A stretch of DNA of 64,000 nucleotides from NCBI GenBank assembly GCA_964618805.1, contig CAZUBM010000002.1, positions 67,013 through 131,012 of the forward strand, in the 5' to 3' direction. Numbering within the stretch: the stretch's first letter is position 1; each line of letters starts with the position of its first letter. Of this stretch, positions 38,854-48,829 are shown one piece after another. This stretch comes from an uncultured Nitrososphaerota archaeon. GTDB taxonomy: Archaea; Korarchaeota; Korarchaeia; Korarchaeales; Korarchaeaceae. A program made the position numbers and the translations under genes. The notes under the pieces were generated by a model that saw only the letters and a program-made list of their open reading frames with translations, did no database searches and had not been told where the DNA came from.

Positions 38854-40314
38854 GTGGTCCTTATTGTGTCCGAAGAGATGAGCGATAGGCCCAAAATCAT
38901 GGTTTATAACACTCTATCTAGAAGAAAGGAAGTTTTCGAGCCTATCCATGGGAACAGAGTTTACATGTACGTATGTGGGCAGACTCCCTATGATGACGCG
39001 CACATGGGACACGCAAAGAACTACGTGAACTACGACATAATAGTCAGGTGGCTGAGGTACAGGAAATACGCCGTTTTTTACATTCAAAATATAACGGATA
39101 TAGAGGATAAGATCATAAACAGGGCTAAGGAAAAAGGAGTGGACTGGCAGGAACTAGTGGAATTCTACATGAAAAGGTTTTTCGAGGATATGGAGGCCCT
39201 TAAAGTAAAACAGAACGTTAATTTGTATCCTAAATCCTCCGATTACATTCCGGAGATAATAGAGCAAATTCAGGGGCTGATAGAGAAGGGATATGCTTAT
39301 GTTGTAGATGACGGTACAGTATACTTCCACGTACCCAAGTTTGAGGACTATACAAAGCTTTCAGGGATGAAGTTAGAGGAGCTAAAGAAGCACAGAATAG
39401 AACCAGATCCAAGGAAGAAAAGTCCATTGGATTTCGCGTTGTGGAAAGCCGCTAAGCCAGGAGAACCATCTTGGCCATCTCCCTGGGGACCTGGGAGACC
39501 TGGATGGCATATTGAAGACACAGCCATGGCCATAACACACTTTGGACCACAATTTGATATTCACGGAGGTGCAACCGAGCTCATCTTCCCACATCACACC
39601 AATGAGATAGCTCAAGCAGAGGCATTGACTGGAAAAAAGCCTTACGTGAAGTACTGGCTTCACGTCGGCGTAATGAACATGAGGGCAGAGAAGATGTCGA
39701 AATCTCTTGGAAATGTTGTTACAATAAGGGAGGTCTTGAACAAGTATGATCCAGAGGTAGTTCGATTATATCTGGCTTCTACTCATTACAGAAAGCCCAT
39801 TGACTTCTCCTGGGATGATCTGGAACTTGCAAAAGAAAGGCTTGAAAGGCTGTACACTGCCATGGAGAACCTGATTGAGCTCAAAGAAAGGAAGGAGCTG
39901 AGACCTGAAGATGAAGAGTTCCTTAGAAAAGTTGAGGAAGGCAAGAAGAATTTTGAAAACTCAATGGACGACGATTTTAACACACCAAGAGCTATAGCCG
40001 CTCTCTTCGAGATAGCTAAAGAGATGAATAAGTTCGCTTCAGAACACGATTCTGTAAACAAAAGGGTTAAGGAAAATGTCTTGAGTACCTACAAAGAGCT
40101 TGGATCGGTGTTGGGCATATTAGAAGAGGAAAGGCTTAGGAAAAGAGCAGAGTTCGAGATTGTCGAAAACCTCATTCAAATAATCGTCGATATAAGAGAG
40201 GAGCTTAGGAAGATGAAGATTTACAATATTTCTGATAGGATAAGAGAGGAGCTTAGGAGAACGGGAATAGAACTTCAAGATACGCCTGAGGGGCCTAAAT
40301 GGAAACTCAAATAA
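38854..40314 (+). CDS. cysS: Cysteine--tRNA ligase
   Basis: YVCGQT, HMGH (HIGH motif), DFALWK, GRPGWHIED, DIHGG, FPHHTNE, KMSKSLGN and MDDDFNTP. The start may be 38866 or 38878. Confidence 0.95.
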   Translation: MVLIVSEEMSDRPKIMVYNTLSRRKEVFEPIHGNRVYMYVCGQTPYDDAHMGHAKNYVNYDIIVRWLRYRKYAVFYIQNITDIEDKIINRAKEKGVDWQELVEFYMKRFFEDMEALKVKQNVNLYPKSSDYIPEIIEQIQGLIEKGYAYVVDDGTVYFHVPKFEDYTKLSGMKLEELKKHRIEPDPRKKSPLDFALWKAAKPGEPSWPSPWGPGRPGWHIEDTAMAITHFGPQFDIHGGATELIFPHHTNEIAQAEALTGKKPYVKYWLHVGVMNMRAEKMSKSLGNVVTIREVLNKYDPEVVRLYLASTHYRKPIDFSWDDLELAKERLERLYTAMENLIELKERKELRPEDEEFLRKVEEGKKNFENSMDDDFNTPRAIAALFEIAKEMNKFASEHDSVNKRVKENVLSTYKELGSVLGILEEERLRKRAEFEIVENLIQIIVDIREELRKMKIYNISDRIREELRRTGIELQDTPEGPKWKLK

Positions 40315-40865
40315 AAGCAATCTAGAGTAAGAGAAAAAGAATGTAATTTAAAGAAGCTCTCAATTAGACTTCCAATACCAATTTTTATCCCCAACTTTTA
40401 GTGTAAGAAGTCTTATCTCTTGGGTTTGCTTGTTGGGCTTGTTAACGGCAGGATGTATGATGAGGACATAGGCATAAGCTACCATACTTTAGCCCTTAAA
40501 AGAGGCTTAGAGTTGGTGCTCATTTGTTTGTTGCTAAAATGGAGTATCATTTGGAGATGTTAGGCCAGAAATAAGTATGGATTACAGCAGAGAGTCCTAT
40601 AGGGTTTAGAAGCGCGCGCTGGCCAAATATCCCTTTAATTGAACTCTTAATTCTAGATCGGGTCATTCTCCCAAAACATGGCAAGCAAAAGAGGAGAAAT
40701 ATAAGAAATCCTGCAACTAGATATGCTCTATGAATGGAAAACATCTATTAACAGCCCTCAGATTCTCTAAGTGAATGCAACTATCCCCTATTTTATCCTT
40801 TTGTCTCACACCTTTTCTTTTTTCTAAAATAAATTTGGAGTCAAAGATAAACAAGGATTTTTATC

Positions 40866-41630
40866 CTAAATTGGCAAGAATGGTTCTGGAGAGGTTTTTC
40901 TAAGCTTCTTAGAAAGAACTAGGTAAAGCATACCTATGATAACAAAAGATATTACAACTATAAGCCAACTAGGAAGCGCGAAGCCCTCAGTCTTTATGTT
41001 TATACAATAGGTTGGAGAAGCCTTCTCCATTGAAGGGATTACCCAAAGAACGTTATTTTCGGTGTAATTAACTATGCTCTCACCAGGAGATGTACATATT
41101 ATCTTAAACCCTTCAACAACAGTTACGTTTATTTGGTCTATCCACCCCCTGGCTCCCTCATACAGGCCCTCGTATATAGGATCTCTAATACATATCTGAA
41201 ATTCTCTCCCTTTCTTAGTTATAGATGTGGAGTTGGAAAGGTTTACGTCGGCTGTTAACCAGATCTTCCAATTGTTAACATCTATCTCTATCCCTCTCCT
41301 CCTAACTTCAGAAGGATCAATCCAAAGCGAGTCAGCTATGAACTTCTCGAGGTCGGATGCTAGGTTAGCCCTTTGTTGCGCATATAGGGAAGATATTAGG
41401 AACCATGAGAACTGATCCATAGCCTTAAATGTCAGCACAACCTTGACTTCTTTTACAGAAAGGACCTGAAGGTCAAGATACACCTCATGATTTCCTGGAG
41501 GTAGAAATTCTGCTTTAGACTCAAGATAATGGCTTCTCACACTGCAATTTGCCGAGATGATTTCAGAGAGCATCGATCCTAACAATAAAGTAAGCGATAA
41601 GAAGAGTAACAGATGTTTCCCCCATGACAT
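40866..41630 (-). CDS. Hypothetical exported protein with C-terminal TM anchor
   Basis: Signal-peptide-like N-terminus, several N-x-S/T sequons, C-terminal TM helix with basic tail. Confidence 0.7.
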   Translation of the reverse strand: MSWGKHLLLFLSLTLLLGSMLSEIISANCSVRSHYLESKAEFLPPGNHEVYLDLQVLSVKEVKVVLTFKAMDQFSWFLISSLYAQQRANLASDLEKFIADSLWIDPSEVRRRGIEIDVNNWKIWLTADVNLSNSTSITKKGREFQICIRDPIYEGLYEGARGWIDQINVTVVEGFKIICTSPGESIVNYTENNVLWVIPSMEKASPTYCINIKTEGFALPSWLIVVISFVIIGMLYLVLSKKLRKTSPEPFLPI

Positions 41631-41685
41631 CAGCCATACTTTATCTGGAGTAATTTAAATACGTGTTCTAAGAGAATCCGATTGA

Positions 41686-42540
41686 ATGAGGGCAGAATCA
41701 CTTGAACTTGCAGCTTTGTTCCTTGCTGTTACAATATTGCTGACAACAACCTTAACTAAGTTAGTCATAACGTTTCCAGAGACTTTTATGAGAAGAACCG
41801 TCGTTACAGGAGGCAACCCAGCTTTAAGGACGCCAATTGCCCTTCTATTAGTCTGCACTTTTATATCATTGATTTACCTTCTTGGCAAGGAGAAATATGT
41901 TCGCTACCTTTTTGCGGGAACATCCAAGAGGAGAACTTGGATCGACTATCTAGCATGGTTCATAGTACTTTTACTAGCAGCATACTATTTCGCGAAATCG
42001 CCTGAAACAGCAAAATCCGTTTCGAACAATACCTCTTTGATATCTCTGCCTCCGGTTGAGGAAATTTCAAGGCCCACAACTCCTGCCTCAAATGAAACCA
42101 TGCCTATACCTTCCTCTTCCAGTGGATGGAGCTCCATCCTGAATGCACTTCCCATACTCGCTGTGGCAATATTGATTGCCATATACCTAAGTTCGGAGAA
42201 ATTGGCTGAAATAGTCGCTCCAAAGAGGATGGAAGCAAAGGAACTTCTTGATTTTGTTGAAATATCCGGAAATCCTAGAGAAGCCATAATAAGGGCTTAT
42301 AGGAATGCGATAGTCTTCCTAACAAGGAAGGGCCTTCCATATAGAGAAGCTTGGACTCACAGAGAGCACGAGGCCTTCGTAGTCCCTAAGTTAGGGGAAT
42401 CAGCCATAAATTTGTCATCTTTAGCCTCTCTTTTTGAGATCGCCAAATATAGCAAGAAAAAAGTGAACAAACACGATGTCTCCACAGCTATCGAATACTA
42501 TGAGAGGCTTACGCGGGGGATGAAGGATGGAAGGACGTAA
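41686..42540 (+). CDS. DUF4129-domain membrane protein of the MoxR cluster
   Basis: TM helices followed by REAIIRAY...WTHREH...LFEIAKYS. Confidence 0.75.
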   Translation: MRAESLELAALFLAVTILLTTTLTKLVITFPETFMRRTVVTGGNPALRTPIALLLVCTFISLIYLLGKEKYVRYLFAGTSKRRTWIDYLAWFIVLLLAAYYFAKSPETAKSVSNNTSLISLPPVEEISRPTTPASNETMPIPSSSSGWSSILNALPILAVAILIAIYLSSEKLAEIVAPKRMEAKELLDFVEISGNPREAIIRAYRNAIVFLTRKGLPYREAWTHREHEAFVVPKLGESAINLSSLASLFEIAKYSKKKVNKHDVSTAIEYYERLTRGMKDGRT

Positions 42541-43006
42541 CGCACTCAAGCTGATTTATTTCGCTTCCCTCATCATCTCTTCGATCCTACCCCAGTCGTT
42601 CTTAATAAGATGGCTTTCAATGATCCTTCTTTCTGCCTCATTAGTAAGCCTTCTAATGATGAAGGTTGGTAAGATGGCCACCCCATTACCCGATCCAAAG
42701 AGCTTCTACAACTTCATCAACGAGACGCGTATGGGAAAGTTGACCAGAACCTCTGACATAATTAGAAGGGCTTCAATTGGTTATTCTTTTGCAAGGGAAA
42801 TGGTTGTAGAAAGGATCTTAGATATTTTAGCCCACAACTTTCCTATTGCATCAAAAAATGAGATAAGAAGAGATCCGAGGAAATACATTCCCAGTGGACC
42901 TCTTCTTGATCTACTTGAGGGAAAGGAGGAAGTGAAGGGGAGCGAATACCTCAATTTGTTGGAATTAGCCCTCAAACAGATCGATATAAGGGGTGAAATA
43001 ACATGA
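42527..43006 (+). CDS. Hypothetical membrane-anchored protein of the MoxR cluster
   Basis: Two N-terminal TM helices. Overlaps both neighbours. Confidence 0.7.
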   Translation: MEGRNALKLIYFASLIISSILPQSFLIRWLSMILLSASLVSLLMMKVGKMATPLPDPKSFYNFINETRMGKLTRTSDIIRRASIGYSFAREMVVERILDILAHNFPIASKNEIRRDPRKYIPSGPLLDLLEGKEEVKGSEYLNLLELALKQIDIRGEIT

Positions 43007-43953
43007 AGATAGATGAAGTCAGCAGGAATGCAACGAAGATGCTTGAAGAGATCTCCACAGTTATAGTAGGAAAAGAGAATGTGCTAGAACTCTTGTTGGC
43101 AAGCGTTTTGGCAAACGGGCATGTGCTTATAGAGGACGTTCCAGGATTGGCAAAGACGATGATGGCAAGGTGTCTAGCTAGCGTGATGACCTGCAAGTTC
43201 TCCAGGATACAGTTTACTCCAGACCTACTGCCAGCTGATATAATTGGAACCTATGTATTCAATCAGAAGACTGGAGAGTTCTACCTGAGAAAGGGGCCAA
43301 TATTCGCAAACATAGTTCTTGGAGATGAGATTAATAGAGCTCCTCCCAAGACTCAATCAGCACTACTCGAAGCCATGCAGGAAAGACAGGTTACAATAGA
43401 AGGAGAGACTCACAAGTTAGAGCAACCCTTCATAGTGATTGCAACTCAAAATCCCATAGAGTATGAGGGAACTTATCCTTTACCAGCCGCTCAACTTGAC
43501 AGGTTCCTCATCAGGCTGAACATAGGATATCCAGAGAGGGGAGAGGAGATAGAAATCCTGAAAAGAAGGATATCTAGAAAGAGTGATTACTTTACCTTAA
43601 CACCAGTAGTAAGCGCGGAGGAGGTTATTGAAATGCAGAAAGCAGTTGAGGAGGTTCACGTTGACGACAGCGTGCTTGAGTACATCGTTGATTTAGTAAG
43701 AGCAACTAGAGAAGCCAGCGAGACCGAAGTCGGATCCTCACCTAGGGGCTCTCTAGCCCTTCTTAAGCTTTCAAGAGCCCTAGCAGCAATAAGGGGAAGG
43801 GATTATGTGATTCCAGATGACGTAAAGAGGGTAGCAATACCTGCTCTTGCCCACAGGCTCATCCTCAGAAGGGAGTTTTGGTATACTAATGTAACGCAAG
43901 AGTCCATCGTCGGGAGGCTGCTGGAGACTGTTGAAGTCCCAAAATTCGCCTGA
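43003..43953 (+). CDS. moxR: MoxR-family AAA+ ATPase
   Basis: GHVLIEDVPGLAKT, RIQFTPDLLPAD, DEINRAPPKTQSALLEAM, ATQNP and LDRF. Confidence 0.95.
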   Translation: MKIDEVSRNATKMLEEISTVIVGKENVLELLLASVLANGHVLIEDVPGLAKTMMARCLASVMTCKFSRIQFTPDLLPADIIGTYVFNQKTGEFYLRKGPIFANIVLGDEINRAPPKTQSALLEAMQERQVTIEGETHKLEQPFIVIATQNPIEYEGTYPLPAAQLDRFLIRLNIGYPERGEEIEILKRRISRKSDYFTLTPVVSAEEVIEMQKAVEEVHVDDSVLEYIVDLVRATREASETEVGSSPRGSLALLKLSRALAAIRGRDYVIPDDVKRVAIPALAHRLILRREFWYTNVTQESIVGRLLETVEVPKFA

Positions 43954-45214
43954 ATCTAATTTTTTGTTCAGTAACGTGGCCACAATTCTTGCAGCTTCCG
44001 CTTTTGTCTCAATAATTCTGGCAGTGGCTACCATGAGATGGTGGCTTCTAGCGTCTTTATACCCAATTCTTTTTGTTTTCTTTTTCTCGCGATTTTTAGT
44101 AAAGAAGCCAGTTTTACAAGTTCAAAGAGTTCTGAATAAGGAGCTTGTAATTGAAGGCGAGGATGTGGAAATCAAGATTAATGTACATAACACTGGTCCT
44201 TCATTAAACTTGGCATTAGTGAGTGACTTCGTTCCAGAGAATCTGAAATTAATTGAAGGCAACCCCTCACATCTTGTATCATTAAAATCGGGAAAAACAT
44301 GGGAGTTCAAATATAAGATAGCGACAAAGAGAGGAATGTGGGCATTTGAGAAAATTCAGATCGATGTGCTAGATCCCCTTGGCCTTTTCACATGGAGGCA
44401 AATAATTCCGGTTAGAAACTACTTAACAGCCCTTCCAAAAGTTGCTTGGGTGAAAAGAGTTGAGCTAAGAGCTTTAAGAACGAGACCAACTCCAGGACAC
44501 GTTCCCTCAAAGATGATAGGTGAAGGAACCGACTTTCACAGCCTTAGAGAGTACATTCCAGGGGATGCAATGCGAAAGATAAATTGGAAGGCAACTGCAA
44601 GACATGCCAAACTTATCTCAAACGAATACGAGGCCGGGAAGAGGGCTGACGTTATAATAGTCATAGACTCTAGGGAAGTCAATGCCCTTGGAGGAAGAAT
44701 AAACGCTCTAGACTACTCCGCAAGGGCAGCTGCATCAATAGCTCATTATGTCTTAGAGGTAGGGAACAGAGTAGGTCTAATTTCCTTGGGAGGAGTGCCT
44801 AGGTGGGTTCATCCCGATCATGGATCCAGGCACTTCCTTAGACTTGCATATACTCTAAGCTCTTTAGAGCCCAGAGGAAAAGAGCCATTTGATTTCCTCA
44901 TAAGAAACTTTGTCAATGTATATCTAACTCCTGGAGCTCAGATAATCATAATTTCTCCTTTTTTGGATGAATCTGTAGCTAAAGGAGTCAAGATTCTGAG
45001 GAGGTCCGGATTTAAGGTCATTGTGGTTTCGCCATCCCCAATCTCAATTGAATCCAAGGTTGTTGAAGGAGAAAGAGAGATAACACTTGCGTCAAGAATG
45101 TTAGAGTTGGAAAGAGATGCCTTGATAAGGAAGATGGCAGAAGATGCCGAAGTCTATAACTGGGACGTAAATCGACCGCTTAGGACAGTCCTTGGAGGGA
45201 TGAAAATTGGATAG
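43931..45214 (+). CDS. DUF58 (vWA-like) protein
   Basis: FHSLREYIPGDAMRKINWKATAR, VIIVIDS and GNRVGL. Confidence 0.9.
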   Translation: MKSQNSPESNFLFSNVATILAASAFVSIILAVATMRWWLLASLYPILFVFFFSRFLVKKPVLQVQRVLNKELVIEGEDVEIKINVHNTGPSLNLALVSDFVPENLKLIEGNPSHLVSLKSGKTWEFKYKIATKRGMWAFEKIQIDVLDPLGLFTWRQIIPVRNYLTALPKVAWVKRVELRALRTRPTPGHVPSKMIGEGTDFHSLREYIPGDAMRKINWKATARHAKLISNEYEAGKRADVIIVIDSREVNALGGRINALDYSARAAASIAHYVLEVGNRVGLISLGGVPRWVHPDHGSRHFLRLAYTLSSLEPRGKEPFDFLIRNFVNVYLTPGAQIIIISPFLDESVAKGVKILRRSGFKVIVVSPSPISIESKVVEGEREITLASRMLELERDALIRKMAEDAEVYNWDVNRPLRTVLGGMKIG

Positions 45215-45680
45215 CTGGGTCCCACTAGGTATCCTTTCATCGATTCTTCTTGTCGTTAGCCTGATTTACTCGTCCCTATCCAATAATTCCTTGCTGACAA
45301 CAATCCTTGGGATGCTTTGTCTAATTCTGCTTCTGCTCAAAAGTGGTAAGGCATATGACTTGATTGCACCCGCCTTCTGGATAACATGTCTAGTAACAGC
45401 GGCATCTGACTATAGGAAAGCAACAGTTCTTACGACTTTCTTTGTCCTATACTATCCGATAGGCAGAATCTACGTCAATTTTGCTGGATCACATTCGAAG
45501 CTCGATGCAGCTATTAGATACATTTTGCTAGCTCTTTTAATGGCAATTGGAGGAGGTATGCTTCCAACTATATTAATACCCGTCTTTAGTAGTTTTCCAG
45601 CAGCCATAGAAGCCTCAACATCGCTGACAATCCTTCTCATTTTACTTTTCGAGTTTTTGAGAAGATCTCTTGGGAAATAA
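45207..45680 (+). CDS. Hypothetical multi-pass membrane protein
   Basis: Almost entirely hydrophobic. Overlaps the stop of the DUF58 gene. Confidence 0.65.
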   Translation: MDSWVPLGILSSILLVVSLIYSSLSNNSLLTTILGMLCLILLLLKSGKAYDLIAPAFWITCLVTAASDYRKATVLTTFFVLYYPIGRIYVNFAGSHSKLDAAIRYILLALLMAIGGGMLPTILIPVFSSFPAAIEASTSLTILLILLFEFLRRSLGK

Positions 45681-45730
45681 CGATTGATGGAAGGGAAACA
45701 CGTATTAAGTAAGCATTGAGGTTTTACTCG

Positions 45731-46438
45731 ATGGCAAAATCCTTGACTGAGTTATACAAGACCTTTTTCATAGTAGCTCACAGAGGAGCCAGTGCTTATG
45801 AACCAGAAAACACAATTCGATCGATAAGAAGGGCCTTTGAAATGGGAGCAGATGCTGTTGAAGTCGACGCAAGGATTTCAAAGGATGGTCATGTTGTAAT
45901 AATCCATGATGAAACAGTTGACAGGACCACCAATGGCTCTGGCAGAGTCTCAGAGCTTTTGCTTGAGGAAATAAGGGCTCTGGATGCCGGAAGGGGAGAA
46001 AAAGTTCCGATACTTGAAGAAGTCTTGGACGAGATTATGGGGAAAGGATGTCTGTTCTTAGAGATAAAGGAAGAAAGAGCCGCTGTTCCAAGCCTACGTA
46101 TAGTCATGGAGAGAAGAATGATTGAAAGCGTGCTTTTCATATCTTTCAGCTCTAATGCCCTCTTCTCCATTAAAAAGATAGATAGAAAAGCTCATACGGG
46201 CTTTCTTTACATAAAACCCATTGATGGAATAGTAAAAGCCAAAAAGCTGGGTTGTGAAGTAGTCCTCCCTTATTATCGCCTAGCTACACAGAAAGCAGTG
46301 GCATTTGCCCATAGAATGGGGCTAAAAGTGGTTCCTTGGACTATCGATGAACTTGAGATAGCTAGGGAACTTAAGAATAAGGGGGTGGATGGAATAGCTA
46401 CTAATACACCAGATCAAATGATCAGACTTACGCTCTAA
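45731..46438 (+). CDS. Glycerophosphodiester phosphodiesterase family protein
   Basis: VAHRGAS..EPENT, VEVD, IHDETVDRTT, LEIK, WTID and GVDGIATN. Confidence 0.92.
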   Translation: MAKSLTELYKTFFIVAHRGASAYEPENTIRSIRRAFEMGADAVEVDARISKDGHVVIIHDETVDRTTNGSGRVSELLLEEIRALDAGRGEKVPILEEVLDEIMGKGCLFLEIKEERAAVPSLRIVMERRMIESVLFISFSSNALFSIKKIDRKAHTGFLYIKPIDGIVKAKKLGCEVVLPYYRLATQKAVAFAHRMGLKVVPWTIDELEIARELKNKGVDGIATNTPDQMIRLTL

Positions 46439-46566
46439 CTCACAAGTATAACGCTGAAGGATAAACAATCTAACAAAACATCTTTCAAAAAAGATGATAT
46501 AAGGAAGAGATTAACTGGAATAAGCATATGCCGAACTAGATAATTATTTAGGGAAAGTTAGCCTCA

Positions 46567-47349
46567 TTGAACTGGATTATGGTGCGTGTAGAAACGAGGT
46601 TGAGTTTTGAGGATTATTTCTGGAGAGGTGTTGATCTGAACGGGAAAGTGATCTTGGATGCAGGAACGGGATTCGGCATTACAACATTGGAAATTGCTAA
46701 AAGATTAAGTATTCAAAAGCAGAAGGGCAGAATCATAAGTGTTGACATAGATCCGCACTGTTTTGAGCTTGCTAAGAGACGTCTGGAAGAGCATGGACTA
46801 AGGGATATGGTAACTTTCGTTAGGGCAGACCTCTCGCACATGCCACAAATAGGTTCCGAATCCATAGATGTTGTGATTTCAACCAGAACAATATCTGACA
46901 TCAATCGACTTCCTTGCCGCCTTCTTAGAGCAATTTCTGAGTTTTATAGGGTTTTGAGAAAAGGAGGACATATAGTTCTGAGCGATGAATGTCCACGTTT
47001 CTTACCCTTATCTGAAGAGGAGGAAGTTGCTGTTATGAGATGGCAGCTTGCTAAGGCAATTTCACACCTTATAGGAAGGCCTCATGCAAACGAAATTGAG
47101 CCCGGGGATCTAGAGTTTATGATGGAGCTTGTTGGTTTCAGGAGATGCGAGTGGGCCATTTTTAAGGGAGAAAAGATACCGGAAAGAAGAATAAACCATT
47201 TCATCACTAAGTCCAAGGAAATAATCCCTAAGATAGGACATACAGGGTTAAGAAACGCTTTTTTAGAAGCAATAATGGATGTGAAAAGAGATTTCAAAGA
47301 GAAAGGTGGTGTTTTTCCTCCAAAATACATCATCCATGCTATGAAATAG
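46567..47349 (+). CDS. Class I SAM-dependent methyltransferase
   Basis: ILDAGTGFG, SVDID and FYRVLRKGG. Confidence 0.85.
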   Translation: MNWIMVRVETRLSFEDYFWRGVDLNGKVILDAGTGFGITTLEIAKRLSIQKQKGRIISVDIDPHCFELAKRRLEEHGLRDMVTFVRADLSHMPQIGSESIDVVISTRTISDINRLPCRLLRAISEFYRVLRKGGHIVLSDECPRFLPLSEEEEVAVMRWQLAKAISHLIGRPHANEIEPGDLEFMMELVGFRRCEWAIFKGEKIPERRINHFITKSKEIIPKIGHTGLRNAFLEAIMDVKRDFKEKGGVFPPKYIIHAMK

Positions 47350-47440
47350 TTTCAAGGGATTTTCTTTTCAGAATACTTTACTAAAATAGTAGTAGAGTTA
47401 AATCCCATCACATGAGCTTAGAGTTGGTGATACATGCTCT

Positions 47441-48619
47441 TTAAACGAAACTGATTTTTCTTACGAGAGCTAGAAAAATCACGCCTAGAATCGATAACAC
47501 CACAGCTAAGGATGTTAAAGCTAGAAATTTATCAGAAACTGTCTTCATTGGTTCCATCTTTGGAGGATTCTCCCTAATGATCTCCTCAAAGGAGAAGAGA
47601 ATTAAATTCCCATTAACTCCTATTGCGGCGTATCTTCCATCATTTGATAGAGAAATTACGTGTATTGAACCATCACCAATGAGATGACTCCACAGGAGCT
47701 TTCCATCCTTATTTAACAAATATATCTCCTTTCCTCCGACTACTACGTAGTTACCATCGGATGACATTGAAACAGAAGCCCAAGTTTCAGTATCATGACT
47801 CCACAAGAGCTTTCCATATTCGTTATAAAAGAGAACCTTTCCCTTTATCTCATTATCCTCTCTAAAGATGTTTGAAACTGCTACATAGCTTCCATCTGAT
47901 GAAAGAATCATTGAAAGGATTTCTCCCTCTATCTCTGAGGTCCAAAGAATTTCTCCTTGTCCGCTTAGGAAGTATAGTTTGTCATCAGTTAGAGCTACTA
48001 TATGGCTTCCATCAGATGAAATCTTAATTCTATAAACTTCACCATCGATCTCAGAACTCCATAGTATGTCTCCAAGCCTACTCAGAAGCATAACTTCATA
48101 GCTGCTCCCAACAACTACAAGACTGCCGTCAGAGGGCATCGAAATTGGAATGAATCGATTCAAGAACCTATAGCTCCATAGCTTCCTGCCTTCACCGTTG
48201 AAATAATAGACATTCCCATGAGATGTACTACAAGCAACGTAGTTTCCATCAGATGATATATGAACCTCCAAGAAAGACTCTTTGGTCTTGTAACTCCAAA
48301 TGAGTTCCCCCTCTCTGGATAGATAGAAAATTCCCTCCCATCCTATTCCAAGAGCAATATACTCTCCTCTTGAAGAGGTCGAAGTGCTTATTGGAATTTC
48401 TGCCAAGTAACTCCAAATGAGTTCCCCCTCCTTATTGAGGAAGCAAATTCTACCTACTCCAACACCCACATACAAGCTGCTGGCAGCAACATAATTGCCG
48501 TCTGAGGAGATGCTAACGGAAACTACGACGTCTCCTATTGAGAGATTCCAAAGAGGCTGAGCTGATACCAGTTGTATCGGTAGTAAGAAAGGGATCAAAA
48601 ATAGTAACGCCAATCTCAT
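47441..48619 (-). CDS. Exported WD40/PQQ-type beta-propeller protein with C-terminal TM anchor
   Basis: About 8 repeats of (S/I)SSDGxYV...G(E/K)L(I/L)WS. Signal peptide and C-terminal TM helix. Confidence 0.85.
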   Translation of the reverse strand: MRLALLFLIPFLLPIQLVSAQPLWNLSIGDVVVSVSISSDGNYVAASSLYVGVGVGRICFLNKEGELIWSYLAEIPISTSTSSRGEYIALGIGWEGIFYLSREGELIWSYKTKESFLEVHISSDGNYVACSTSHGNVYYFNGEGRKLWSYRFLNRFIPISMPSDGSLVVVGSSYEVMLLSRLGDILWSSEIDGEVYRIKISSDGSHIVALTDDKLYFLSGQGEILWTSEIEGEILSMILSSDGSYVAVSNIFREDNEIKGKVLFYNEYGKLLWSHDTETWASVSMSSDGNYVVVGGKEIYLLNKDGKLLWSHLIGDGSIHVISLSNDGRYAAIGVNGNLILFSFEEIIRENPPKMEPMKTVSDKFLALTSLAVVLSILGVIFLALVRKISFV

Positions 48620-48789
48620 TGCTGGAACTAACCCTCATTAAAAGATATTAAAGAGATAAGATAATGTCCATCTTTGCATCTCAATTCCTCCATGCTTCAG
48701 TAGGATCTCATCCCAGAAGCGTTTGGACTTGATTCTAACCCATTTGTCCTATTGATCTGCGGTACTCTAAACCAACCTTAACCTCTAAG

Positions 48790-48829
48790 TTTAAATATAG
48801 TAGACATCTACTGTATAGATATCTACTAT
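48790..48829 (+). promoter_or_regulatory. TATA box and palindromic operator of the padR-ABC operon
   Basis: TTTAAATA at 48790-48797, then ATAGTAGACATCTA-CTGTA-TAGATATCTACTAT (14-bp arms, 1 mismatch) overlapping the ATG at 48828. Confidence 0.7.

Noticed and set aside
40330-40860. Short ORFs after cysS, including 40547..40744 (-)
   Set aside because: No family signal or RBS, and frequent stops in the other frames. Possibly a decayed remnant, but unassignable.
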